The notes under the pieces are model-generated. The model was not told the origin of the DNA. It saw nothing but the letters and a program-made list of their open reading frames with translations, and made no database searches. Positions 38,478 to 51,400 of a DNA stretch of 64,000 bases are shown here, one piece after another. Each line of letters opens with the position of its first letter. Within the stretch, counting starts at the first letter, position 1. Source of the stretch: Eledone cirrhosa (Eukaryota); the NCBI GenBank assembly GCA_964016885.1, contig OZ024743.1, positions 98,766,001 to 98,830,000 on the forward strand, read 5' to 3'. The position numbers were made by a program, and so were the translations under genes.

Positions 38478-38665
38478 TTAAACCCTAACCTTTTTGATAC
38501 CAAACTCCTCGAAACCAGTCCTGCTTCTACAATATTACACAGTACATTTTAAAGTATTCAGATTTATCTAAAAACTTTCCATCATCATTTTTTGTAAGAA
38601 CGTTTGTTAATTTATTTTCCAAACACAAACTTATGAATTAAACAGTTCGTTGTATTACTAAATCG
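38478..38665 (+). mobile_element. AT-rich dispersed element, probably a piggyBac-like MITE; SINE-free copy of the family at ~29327 and ~40988
   Basis: Starts TAACCTTTTTGATACC. TTTATCTAAAAACTTTCCATCATCATTTTTTGTAAGAACGTTTGTT aligns with the SINE flanks at 41063-41098 and 41299-41309. Confidence 0.55.
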
Positions 38666-39652
38666 GTCGTTTTTTTCTTTTTCCAATTCCTTCTTTTGTT
38701 GTTGTTATTTTCTTTCTATTTATTTATTTATTTATTTTTACATCTCTCCATATAAAACTTCACTGCGAAACTAATTTTATTTTCTCTGTGTCAAATGATA
38801 TGTTTACAGTTGCAATTGATGTCGATAAGTGGAACTGAAATAGATTTAAAAACAAAAATTGAAAAAAAATTCAGTTTTGTCAAAAACAAAATAAATATAG
38901 ATTAAAAAAAAAAAAAATGCCCCCCCCCCAAAAAAAAACAAGAACAAAAACCTTATTTATTTTTTATTTTTAGTTTGGTTTAAATCCATTGTACATTGGT
39001 AAAATAAGTAACAAGTATCACTGGCCTTCAAGTAATCTTTAAGAATATTCAGTAGTTTTCAAAATTACAATGTGTAGTGAAATGAAAAGGTAGAGCTTCA
39101 ATATTATTTGCAGTGTGAGTGAACAGCAGAGTGTGTATGTGTGTGTGTATATGTGTGTATGTATATATGTATGTATGTATGCATAAAAACAAAAGAATTT
39201 AAAAAACAGTCAGACAGAAATGTATTTAACTAAATTATTCAAGCAAACTAACAAACTATTTTCTTCATTTTTAGTAATTTGAAAACTAACAGATTCACAC
39301 ATACTGTTTCCTACAGTTCTGTTGTATAATAAAGAAGTTCATGAAGATTCAATGGTTGAATGGATAAGATACTAATTTCCTGGATAATGAATCATGATTT
39401 CATGTATTGATATAGGTACCACATAGCATTACTGAGAAGAGTAGCTAGTTATTTAGCAAATCTATTCATCAGGTATGTACAGAACTTGGCAGAATGGTGT
39501 GCATAATATGTTGGGCAAGTGTCATTTATCACAGCCTTAAGTCTACCCAATCTTTGTGAATGAAATTGGGTAGACGTAAACAGTTTGGAAGCCTATTTGA
39601 TGGAATACACTTTTAATTCAAAGGGCCAGATATGTCACAAACTCTATGAGGC

Positions 39653-40158
39653 TGTAGCGCTCTCTAGACAAGGGAAGTAGCTAGAGTTACTTCCCATCGA
39701 AATTCTAGAACCTTCTTGTAACTTCCGGTAAAAGGATATAAATAGTGTCAACCAAAATCAATTTTCCTCTTTTCACCTTTGGCTGCCTGGCCTTGGGCCA
39801 GGCGTGGTTACGCCAAAGGTATACTCTCTTTTTGGCGCTTTTCTTTCGGATTGACAACACAGGACACGAGCATGTTATCTTCTCTCTAATCACACACTAT
39901 GGACCTGGAATACTTAATATGCAGAAGAATATTTACTAACCACAATTGTAACATGAAGCACCAATATAATGAAGATTTAAATTTGATACTCGTTTTGAGA
40001 TACTGCCTGCGTTTTTATCATTACCTTTGTGTTGAGAAATTAACTCTCACTCGACATGGTGTTAAGTGAAATCTCTTATCTTTCCTTAAAAAACTTAGTA
40101 GTTAGATTCCGGTGGTATTTACTTGAGTGAATAACTCCGGGTCTAGCAGCACACTAAA
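39653..40158 (+). mobile_element. Probable solo LTR (Gypsy-like), 506 bp
   Basis: Starts TGTAGCG and ends CACTAAA (2 mismatches from CGCTACA). Flanked by the 4-bp direct repeat AGGC (39649-39652 and 40159-40162). Internal TATAAATA box at ~39737. Confidence 0.55.
39702..39745 (+). promoter_or_regulatory. Heat-shock-element-like motif plus TATA box within the putative LTR
   Basis: aTTCtaGAAccTTCt (39702-39716) is a perfect three-pentamer nTTCnnGAAnnTTCn, about 20 bp upstream of TATAAATA. Confidence 0.4.
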
Positions 40159-41098
40159 AGGCTGAATCTTCCTGTGAATTACATTAAGGGTATACATGTC
40201 AGTAGTATGTTCAGATTCTTACACATAAATGTCATCAACAGTCTTTTCAATTGATTTAACAACTGGAACAATCATCGTTAAAACTGATGGAGGTCCATTC
40301 CATTTCATTTATCTAGAGTTTAGGTAGTCTCAGTGAGGGCGGATACATAGAGATGGCAAATTGTATTTTATTGTATCATTTAATATATTTTCATCTATAC
40401 AAATGTCAGATTTTAACCCAAAAGCCTAATTGATGCCCTGGGTAGTCCCATTGATCCCTGAAGTCAATATTGATCATTTTGGGGCCCCATAATTAAATGG
40501 TTTAAGAGACTGCCAAAGCCAACTTTACATTTCATTTTTTCAGGGTCGATAACATTAAATACCAGTCATGGGTGCGGGATTGGTGACCAATTAAAATGAT
40601 TATATCCTTCCATAACAAAATTTAATCCTGTGTTTAATTAAAAAAGAACAATTATATGAACAAGTATTTTATTCATTGTTCAAATTGGAAATTTTCAAAT
40701 ATTATCTATTTTTTTCTTTTTGCATTTGTATCTTTAACATTTTATGAAAGATTCAATCGAAGATGCTTATAAATAATTGATCTTTGTAAGCCAATTAGAT
40801 ACAATCGATAGATTGTATCTGATGCAGGCATATGACCTGATTAAAATGACTACCACTCTGAACTGACCACCTGTGACTCTTAGATTGAGAATAAAATTAC
40901 AAATTCCACTTCTTGGTGAACTGAAGAAAGAAGCAAAGGTAAGGGAACTCTCTACAATGGAAACTTATAGGAAATATAAAACTTTCTTTAAACCTTTTGA
41001 TGCCACATCTAAAATCACCATTGGTTCTATGAAATGAAACTGTTTATTTTAAAGTGCATATCTTTATCTAAAAACCTTTCATTATAATTTTATGTAAG

Positions 41099-41280
41099 CG
41101 GTGGATTGGCAGTATCGGTAGAGGGTTGGACGCCATGCTCTCAAGCATAGTTACGTCCCTTTACGATCTGAGTTCAAATCCCGCCGAGGTTAACTTTGCC
41201 TTTCATCCTTACGGGGTCGATAAAATAAAGTACCAGTAATGCACTGGATAATTGCTGGCCTTGTGCCTAAAGTAGAAACA
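41099..41280 (+). mobile_element. Full-length tRNA-derived SINE with an 18-bp target-site duplication
   Basis: A-box TGGCAGTATCGG and B-box GAGTTCAAATCCC. ATTATAATTTTATGTAAG is present at both 41081-41098 and 41281-41298. Confidence 0.9.
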
Positions 41281-42757
41281 ATTATAATTTTATGTAAGAA
41301 CCTTTGTTTAAAAAACCAGCTCAATGAGAAAATAAGTTATATTAAATTATTTCAAATTATTGATTATTTTCAAAAAATCATAGGCAGTGTCTTTCATTAG
41401 AAATATGTTAACAGAAATGTTAGAAATACCATTCTGAGAATTACATCGGCAGCAAATTGAATCATTAGAGTGTAAGGAAAAAAAAAAGAAAGAAAAAGAA
41501 TTGCAATATTTGTTTCAGCTCTCTTTTCCCTGTACTCAAATCCTGCTGATGCCAACTTAACCTTTCAGGGCTGATAAAATAAAGTACAATTTGAAGATGG
41601 TGGATTGGTAGAATTGTGTAAATGTTAAAGCATTGAATGAGGTGTAGTATTTGTTTCAGTTCTTTCTGTTATGAGTTTTTTTGGCTATAACTTTAATCTA
41701 ATCTGGTCTCTGGATTGCCATTTATAGTGTTCATTTTATTGTGGAAAGGTCTCAAATTTAAAGATAATTTCCTCTCGATGTAATCAATTTTGCTTTAAGA
41801 TGGAGGTTGTCATTTACTTCTTCTGGCACAATGGCAATTTTTTAATAGTTGTAGCAGTAGTTGAACTTCATAAATGTTCATCAAATGCTTTTCCTCCTTC
41901 ACCATTCTATGCACACAATTTCTTACAGGGTTAAATAAAGTGGAAGAATGCATGTAAACACCATTATTGCAATCACTTAGAATTAGTAGAGTGGAAAGTT
42001 GGTACAAAGCATCTAGTTATTTAGTCACATTCCTTTAACTTCTTCAGTGCCGGAGATGAGATAACTCATCCTAACATGTATGCATTCCAGTGCCATGGAC
42101 GAGATAACTTGTCCTAACATGTTTGAACTCCTTTCCAACAGTTCATAACTTCAAAGTTAGATGAGGTTACTACTTTATTGATGTGATGTTTGTCAATCAT
42201 TCAGATATGTGTTGTTAATAAAGGTTTGTCATTTACTGAAAAAAATCCTGGCACAGCAACTTTAGCTGTGTAAAATATACACGGCAGTCAACAGATTAAG
42301 TGACTAAATATCAAGTCACACATCCTGTCTTTGTTAATTTTGCACTTCATCTTTTCAAGCATAAGAAAATGCTGCAAATTTTACTGAGCTTGATTTAATC
42401 CACAATGTTGCCAACAAAATTTAAACTTCGTGTTTTGTCAAAATAAATCAATATTATGAGAGTTAGATGGTTTTGATTTTAATTTATTATTTAAATGTTA
42501 GAAAAATTTTAATGAAAGATTTTTTCAGATTAAAAATATTTCATATTATATTCTGTTTTTCATTTTAATCAATGAGTTTAATCTTCATTTCCACGAGTAT
42601 CTGTGTAAAATCTGAGAAAAACTAAATCAAAATCATATTTATATAATGAATGTTATAATTAATGTAGCATGTGGGATTTTCTTTCTATCTGAAATCGTAC
42701 TGTCTATATTTGAGAAAAAGTCAGCTTCCTATTTTTGACTAAAAGAATTTGATTTTT

Positions 42758-43074
42758 CCATGTATTTCATGTAAAAGTCGACCCTAGTTTTTGATGGACA
42801 ACAGATCAATATTTGTGAATCAATGTACATAAATGTTATGATGAGGAAATTAATATTTCTGTGCTATTATGTTCTAATGTATGAAAGGAAAAATATTTAT
42901 AAAAACTACATGCCCTTATTTGAGTTTTGGTAGTATGAAGTGTGTTTTTGATGTGTAGAAATATCAATATTATTACACCAATTTACTGTTCTACTTCTAT
43001 TCGTTTAAAGTCCATTTTGGATTCTGCCTAAAAAAAGTAGTCTAAAAGTTTGACTTTTACATGAGAATATATGG
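42758..43074. mobile_element. Tc1/mariner-superfamily (pogo/Tigger-like) MITE
   Basis: CCATGTATTTCATGTAAAAGTC and GACTTTTACATGAGAATATATGG are inverted termini. TA follows the right end; the left flank is TT. Confidence 0.6.
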
Positions 43075-43179
43075 TACTTAGTTTTGTTCTTGTGAGTATA
43101 TGGTATTTAGTTTTGTCCTTGTGAGTATATGGTACTTAGTTTTGTCCTTGAGAGTATATGGTACTTATTTTTGTCCTTA
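43062..43179. repeat. 29-bp tandem repeat, 4 copies
   Basis: TGAGTATATGGTACTTAGTTTTGTCCTTG repeated four times, overlapping the right end of the MITE. Confidence 0.9.
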
Positions 43180-43529
43180 TCCATATACAAAATCATTGTA
43201 CTTTGATGTCAAATCCTGCCAAGGGTAACTTTGCCTTTCATCTTTCCAGGGTTGACAAAAATCAATGGATTGACACAATCAGTAGATAGGCTTTGTGCTA
43301 TTTATAGCAAGTAAACATGCTAGAAAATACAAATTTTTCCAGAAAATAAAAAAAAAACGATAAACACCGTTAATCAATTTTTGGACCTCTTTGGGTACTC
43401 ATTAAAAGTTGGGTATACAATAAAACAACCACAAGGAAACATGTATTTGAGGAGCTTATATACCCATTTGCTCTTAGTAGTATTTTGAAATGGTTGGTAG
43501 TTAATTAAAATATATATTAAGAATATATA

Positions 43530-44809
43530 CAGGGTGCGGACGATATTTGTTCGCAAGAGGAAAAATAACAGTTTTATTTTTTAAGATATATTTATCAAAC
43601 TTGGGTCAGTTTGTCTTCATTATTTGTTCTTTCGATCTCACTTGATAAACCCGCTATTGGCTTTGATGACAGCCTCGGAACCGGCTACAGGCCTTCGTCA
43701 CTGTCCCCCGACTTAGGCCCCTAAAGGCAATTGTGATCCTGGCCTTCAGATCGTCTTTCGTATTGCAGCTAGATCTGTTGGTGTCTCATTCCACTGCGCC
43801 CCACACAAAGAAATCGAGGGGGTTGCAGTCAGGCGAGCTGGGAGGCCAGATGTTAGGTGAAGTGTGGTCGACGAAGTTCTCTGACAGCCAGGCTTGGGTC
43901 TTTTGGCTGGTATGACAGGGCGCTGAGTCTTGCTGTCACACGTACGGCCTACCTGCAGCTACCTGGTCGATCCAGGGCTTTACTACCTCACTCAGAATGC
44001 GGATGTAGCCATCGGTGTTCAGCTTGAGGCCCTCAGGGAAGAAGTGAGGTGGCATGACGTCACCTTGACTGCTGACGACACCTAAGACCAATGTTGGAAA
44101 CTTTGTCTGCATGACTCTGGGCACATCTTTGGATGAGACAGCGAGCCACCTATTGTTCTGGGAGTTGATCTTCTGGTCTTAGCAGAAGTTTTTCTCATCG
44201 GAGAAACACCACAGCATGTCTGGCTCCAGTGGGTGTTTCAACTTGTTGAGCAGCTTCTTTGCGTGCTTCAGTCGCTTTTCTTGCATCGCCTTTGACAGAA
44301 ATTGTCCTTTCCAAATCTTGTATGAAACGTAGCGAATGTCTTCATGTACCTCCAGCCTAATGAGCTTTTCATCCACGTCTTTCTCCCTTGCAATGGCACG
44401 CATCGACTTGCTAGGTTCATTGTTGATGATATCCTGAACTTCAGCGACAAACTCGGGCGTTCTGAAGGCGTCAGATCGTCGATCATGTGTTTTCCTCTCT
44501 GATGTTGCTTCGTAGTTGAATCCTGAATCTTCCAATTACTTTCTGACCTTTTCCACCATTCTCCTGCTGACGCTGAGAAAGTCTGAAATTTCCTTATTTG
44601 TCCTCCCAGCGCGGATTCAAAGAAGAACTCCGTGTCTCTTCCACAAATTTGGAGGTTCAAAATTATTCATAATCAATTATTCTGAAAATAAATAATAAAA
44701 TATAGTCACTGTTTTTATGAAGACAAGAGTGACAACGGAAGTAAAAAAAATTTGCAAAAATTTGCAAATTAGCAGTTGAAAATTGCGAACATATATCGTC
44801 CACACTCTG
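43530..44809 (-). mobile_element. Full-length, defective Tc1/mariner transposon of the DD37D (maT) family, 1280 bp
   Basis: 27-bp TIRs CAGGGTGCGGACGATATTTGTTCGCAA and TTGCGAACATATATCGTCCACACTCTG (3 mismatches), TA on both sides, internal transposase remnant. Confidence 0.95.
43638..44670 (-). pseudogene. DD37D transposase with several in-frame stops
   Basis: MNNFEPP...IRAGRTNKEISDFL (HTH region), FSDEKNF, *QQDSAPCH and WPPSSPDCNPLDFFVW, with 37 residues between the second and third Asp. Ends EAVIKANSGFIK*. At least four premature stops. Confidence 0.93.
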
Positions 44810-44869
44810 TATATTATGCAAGAATGGAACAACAGATGTAAAATGCTGCCACTGATGATATATATGTCT

Positions 44870-45462
44870 CATCGTCTGGTAAGGATAAAATCTATCTAAC
44901 TAGCATATTCACCAGATACATAGGTGATCAGGTGGTTGTCAGGTTCTTTTGAAGTTTGTGTTACATATCGATAGGTTATTGGCATTGCAGAATTCTAGGA
45001 GCCTGAAAACTTCATTTTTTTGTGTGCCAAACCCATATCCTCCATAGACTCCATGGAAGCCATCACAGTGTTCTCCAATGTGTCCATTAAAGTCCCCTGC
45101 GCTTGATTAGTAAGTCGCAGTCATTTGTTAGTGTAGTAGTGTGCATTAGGCATTCATAAAAACCTATATTTGTGTTTGTCTGACAACCAAGATTGGGGTA
45201 CGTATGCAGATATATTGTAGCCATTATGCTATTTACGACTAGTCTGAGTTTAATGCGGTTACTCTATCTACAGAGATTACCTTATCTCTCCATTTGTTAG
45301 ATAATCAGATATCGACTACAACCAGCCCATTGTCATTTTTCAACCAGAAAATTTTGTAGCCTGTTTTTAGCCAACAAGTTGTCTCACTGAATCTCCACTC
45401 CGTCAAGTTTCTTGCACACAGCATACATTAACTAACTTCTGCTCTACAATCTCTCCTGTTTA
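44870..45462 (-). pseudogene. RTE-type LINE APE endonuclease remnant (not in the ORF track; frameshifted)
   Basis: Manual minus-strand translation gives GEIVEQKLVNVCCVQET, YKIFW, ISAYVPQ (45193-45213), AGDFNGHIG (45074-45100), GFHGVYGGYGFG, RLLEFCNANNLSICNTNFKK, HLITY and IDFILTR. Confidence 0.88.
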
Positions 45463-48400
45463 CAGCATACATCAACTCCCTTCTGCTCTACAATCTCTCC
45501 TGTTTACAGCATACATCAACTACCTTCTGCTCTACAATCTCTCCTCTTTACAGCATACATCAACTACCTTCTGCTCTACAATCTCTCCTCTTTACAGCAT
45601 ACATCAACTATCTTCTGCTCTACAATCTCCCCTGTTTACAGCATACATCAACTACCTTCTGCTCTACAATCTCTCCTGTTTACAACATACATCAACTACC
45701 TTCTGCTCTACAACCTCTCCTGTTTACAGCATACATCAACTACCTTCTGTTCTACAATCTCTCCTCTTTACAGCATACATCAACTATCTTCTGCTCTACA
45801 ATCTCTCCTGTTTACAGCATACATCAACTACCTTCTGCTCTACAATCTCTCCTGTTTACAACATACATCAACTACCTTCTGCTCTACAATCTCTCCTCTT
45901 TACAGCATACATCAACTCCCTTCTGCTCTACAACCTCTCCTGTTTACAGCATACATCAACTCCCTTCTGCTCTACAATCTCTCCTCTTTACAGCATACAT
46001 CAACTATCTTCTGCTCTACAATCTCTCCTGTTTACAGCATACATCAACTACCTTCTGCTCTACAATCTCTCCTGTTTACAACATACATCAACTACCTTCT
46101 GCTCTACAATCTCTCCTCTTTACAGCATACATCAACTCCCTTCTGCTCTACAACCTCTCCTGTTTACAGCATACATCAACTCCCTTCTGCTCTACAATCT
46201 CTCCTCTTTAAAGCATACATCAACTAACTTCTGCTCTACAATCTCTCCTGCTTACAGCATACATCAACTACCTTCTGCTCTACAATCTCTCCTGTTTACA
46301 GCATACATCAACTACCTTCTGCTCTACAATCTCTCCTCTTTACAGCATACATCAACTCCCTTCTGCTCTACAACCTCTCCTGTTTACAGCATACATCAAC
46401 TCCCTTCTGCTCTACAATCTCTCCTCTTTAAAGCATACATCAAATAACTTCTGCTCTACAATCTCTCCTGCTTACAGCATACATCAACTACCTTCTGCTC
46501 TACAATCTCTCCTGTTTACAGCATACATCAACTCCCTTCTGCTCTACAATCTCTCCTGTTTACAACATACATCAACTACCTTCTGCTCTACAATATCCCC
46601 TGTTTACGACATACATCAACTAACTTCTGCCCTACAATCTCTCCTGTTTACGACATACATCAACTCCCTTCTGCTCTACAATCTCCCCTGTTTACAACAT
46701 ACATCAACTATCTTCTGCTCTACAATCTCTCCTGTTTACAGCATACATCAACTACCTTCTGCTCTACAATCTCTCCTGTTTACAACATACATCAACTACC
46801 TTCTGCTCTACAATCTCTCCTCTTTACAGCATACATCAACTAACCTTCTGCTCTACAATCTCTCCTGTTTACAGCATACATCAACTACCTGCTTCTCTAC
46901 AATCTCTCCTGTTTACAGCATACGTCAACTACCTGCTGCTCTTCAATCTCTCCTGTTTACAGCATACATCAACTACCTTCTGCTCTACAATCTCTCCTGT
47001 TTACAACATACATCAACTACCTTCTGCTCTACAATCTCTCCTCTTTACAGCATACATCAACTATCTGCTGCTCTACAATCTCTCCTGTTTACAGCATACA
47101 TCAACTACCTGCTGCTCTACAATCTCTCCTGTTTACAGCATACATCAACTACCTGCTTCTCTACAATCTCTCCTGTTTACAGCATACATCAACTACCTTC
47201 TGCTCTACAATCTCTCCTGTTTACAGCATACATCAACTACCTTCTGCTCTACAATCTCTCCTCTTTACAGCATACATCAACTACCTTCTGCTCTACAATC
47301 TCTCCTGTTTACAGCATACATCAACTACCTTCTGTTCTACAATCTCTCCTGTTTACAGCATACATCAACTACCTTCTGCTCTACAATCTCTCCTCTTTAC
47401 AGCATACATCAACTACCTTCTGCTCTACAATCTCTCCTGTTTACAGCATACATCAACTATCTTCTGCTCTACAATCTCTCCTGTTTACAGCATACATCAA
47501 CTAACTTCTGCTCTACAATCTCTCCTGTTTACAGCATACATCAACTACCTTCTGCTCTACAATCCCCCCTCTTTACAGCATACATCAACTACCTTCTGCT
47601 CTACAATCTCTCCTGTTTACAGCATACATCAACTACCTTCTGCTCTACAATCTCTCCTCTTTACAGCATACATCAACTATCTTCTGCTCTACAATCTCCC
47701 CTGTTTACAGCATACATCAACTAGCTTCTGCTCTACAATCTCTCCTGTTTACAACATACATCAACTACCTTCTGCTCTACAACCTCTCCTGTTTACAGCA
47801 TACATCAACTACCTTCTGTTCTACAATCTCTCCTCTTTACAGCATACATCAACTACCTGCTGCTCTACAATCCCCCCTCTTTACAGCATACATCAACTAC
47901 CTTCTGCTCTACAATCTCTCCTGTTTACAGCATACATCAACTACTTTCTGCTTTACAACCTCTCCTCTTTACAGCATACATCAACTAACTTCTGCTCTAC
48001 AATCTCTCCTCTTTACAGAATACATCAACTACCTACTGCTCTACAATATCTCCTGTTTACAGCATACATCAACTATCTTCTGCTCTCCAATCTCTCCTCT
48101 TTACAGCATACATCAACTACCTACTGCTCTACAATCTCTCCTCTTTACAGCATACATCAACTACCTTCTGCTCTACAATCTCTCCTGTTTACAGCATACA
48201 TCAACTACCTTCTGCTCTACAATCTCTCTTCTTTACAGCATACATCAACTACCTACTGCTCTACAATCTCTCCTCTTTACAGCATACATCAACTACCTTC
48301 TGCTCTACAATCTCTCCTGTTTACAGCATACATCAACTACCTTCTGCTCTACAATCTCTCCTCTTTACAGCATACATCAACTACCTACTGCTCTACAATC

Positions 48401-51400
48401 TCTCCTCTTTACAGCATACATCAACTACCTTCTGCTCTACAATCTCTCCTCTTTACAGCATACATCAACTACCTTCTGCTCTACAATCTCTCCTCTTTAC
48501 AGCATACATCAACTACCTTCTGCTCTACAATCTCTCCTCTTTACAGCATACATCAACTACCTACTGCTCTACAATCTCTCCTCTTTACAGCATACATCAA
48601 CTACCTTCTGCTCTACAATCTCTCCTCTTTACAGCATACATCAACTACCTACTGCTCTACAATCTCTCCTCTTTACAGCATACATCAACTACCTTCTGCT
48701 CTACAATCTCTCCTCTTTACAGCATACATCAACTACCTTCTGCTCTACAATCTCTCCTCTTTACAGCATACATCAACTACCTTCTGCTCTACAATCTCTC
48801 CTCTTTACAGCATACATCAACTACCTACTGCTCTACAATCTCTCCTCTTTACAGCATACATCAACTACCTTCTGCTCTACAATCTCTCCTGTTTACAGCA
48901 TACATCAACTACCTTCTGCTCTACAATCTCTCCTCTTTACAGCATACATCAACTACCTACTGCTCTACAATCTCTCCTCTTTACAGCATACATCAACTAC
49001 CTTCTGCTCTACAATCTCTCCTCTTTACAGCATACATCAACTACCTTCTGCTCTACAATCTCTCCTCTTTACAGCATACATCAACTACCTTCTGCTCTAC
49101 AATCTCTCCTGTTTACAGCATACATCAACTACCTTCTGCTCTACAATCTCTCCTGTTTACAGCATACATCAACTACCTACTGCTCTACAATCTCCCCTCT
49201 TTACAGCATACATCAACTACCTACTGCTCTACAATCTCTCCTCTTTACAGCATACATCAACTACCTTCTGCTCTACAATCTCTCCTGTTTACAGCATACA
49301 TCAACTACCTTCTGCTCTACAATCTCTCCTCTTTACAGCATACATCAACTACCTACTGGTCTAAAATCTCTCCTGTTTACAGCTTACATCAACTACCTTC
49401 TGCTCTACAATCTCTCCTCTTTACAGCATACATCAACTACCTACTGCTCTACAATCTCTCCTGTTTACAGCATACATCAACTACCTGCTTCTCTACAATC
49501 TCTCCTGTTTACAGCATACATCAACTACCTGCTGCTCTACAATCTCTTCTGTTTACAGCATACATCAACTACCTTCTGCTCTACAATCTCTCCTGTTTAC
49601 AGCATACATCAACTATCTTCTGCTCTGCAATCTCTCCTGTTTACAGCATACATCAACTACCTGCTGCTCTACAATCTCTCCTGTTTACAGCATACATCAA
49701 CTATCTTCTGCTCTACAATCTCCCCTCTTTACAGCATACATCAACTACCTACTGCTCTACAATCTCTCCTCTTTACAGCATACATCAACTACCTTCTGCT
49801 CTACAATCTCTCCTGTTTACAGCATACATCAACTACCTTCTGCTCTACAATCTCTCCTCTTTACAGCATACATCAACTACCTACTGGTCTACAATCTCTC
49901 CTGTTTACAGCTTACATCAACTATCTTCTGCTCTACAATCTCTCCTCTTTACAGCATACATCAACTACCTACTGCTCTACAATCTCTCCTGTTTACAGCA
50001 TACATCAACTACCTGCTTCTCTACAATCTCTCCTGTTTACAGCATACATCAACTACCTTCTGTTCTACAATCTCTCCTGTTTACAGCATACATCAACTAC
50101 CTTCTGTTCTACAATCTCTTCTGTTTACAGCATACATCAACTACCTTCTGCTCTACAATCTCTCCTGTTTACAGCATACATCAACTACTTTCTGCTTTAC
50201 AACCTCTCCTCTTTACAGCATACATCAACTAACTTCTGCTCTACAATCTCTCCTCTTTACAGAATACATCAACTACCTACTGCTCTACAATATCTCCTGT
50301 TTACAGCATACATCAACTATCTTCTGCTCTCCAATCTCTCCTCTTTACAGCATACATCAACTACCTACTGCTCTACAATCTCTCCTCTTTACAGCATACA
50401 TCAACTACCTTCTGCTCTACAATCTCTCCTGTTTACAGCATACATCAACTACCTTCTGCTCTACAATCTCTCTTCTTTACAGCATACATCAACTACCTAC
50501 TGCTCTACAATCTCTCCTCTTTACAGCATACATCAACTACCTTCTGCTCTACAATCTCTCCTGTTTACAGCATACATCAACTACCTTCTGCTCTACAATC
50601 TCTCCTCTTTACAGCATACATCAACTACCTACTGCTCTACAATCTCTCCTCTTTACAGCATACATCAACTACCTTCTGCTCTACAATCTCTCCTCTTTAC
50701 AGCATACATCAACTACCTTCTGCTCTACAATCTCTCCTCTTTACAGCATACATCAACTACCTTCTGCTCTACAATCTCTCCTCTTTACAGCATACATCAA
50801 CTACCTACTGCTCTACAATCTCTCCTCTTTACAGCATACATCAACTACCTTCTGCTCTACAATCTCTCCTCTTTACAGCATACATCAACTACCTACTGCT
50901 CTACAATCTCTCCTCTTTACAGCATACATCAACTACCTTCTGCTCTACAATCTCTCCTCTTTACAGCATACATCAACTACCTTCTGCTCTACAATCTCTC
51001 CTCTTTACAGCATACATCAACTACCTTCTGCTCTACAATCTCTCCTCTTTACAGCATACATCAACTACCTACTGCTCTACAATCTCTCCTCTTTACAGCA
51101 TACATCAACTACCTTCTGCTCTACAATCTCTCCTGTTTACAGCATACATCAACTACCTTCTGCTCTACAATCTCTCCTCTTTACAGCATACATCAACTAC
51201 CTACTGCTCTACAATCTCTCCTCTTTACAGCATACATCAACTACCTTCTGCTCTACAATCTCTCCTCTTTACAGCATACATCAACTACCTTCTGCTCTAC
51301 AATCTCTCCTCTTTACAGCATACATCAACTACCTTCTGCTCTACAATCTCTCCTGTTTACAGCATACATCAACTACCTTCTGCTCTACAATCTCTCCTGT

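Noticed and set aside
40052-40075. CGACA-TGGTGTTAAGTG as an LTR end plus primer-binding site
   Set aside because: The match is weak and no internal gag/pol follows. The AGGC duplication supports an end at 40158 instead.
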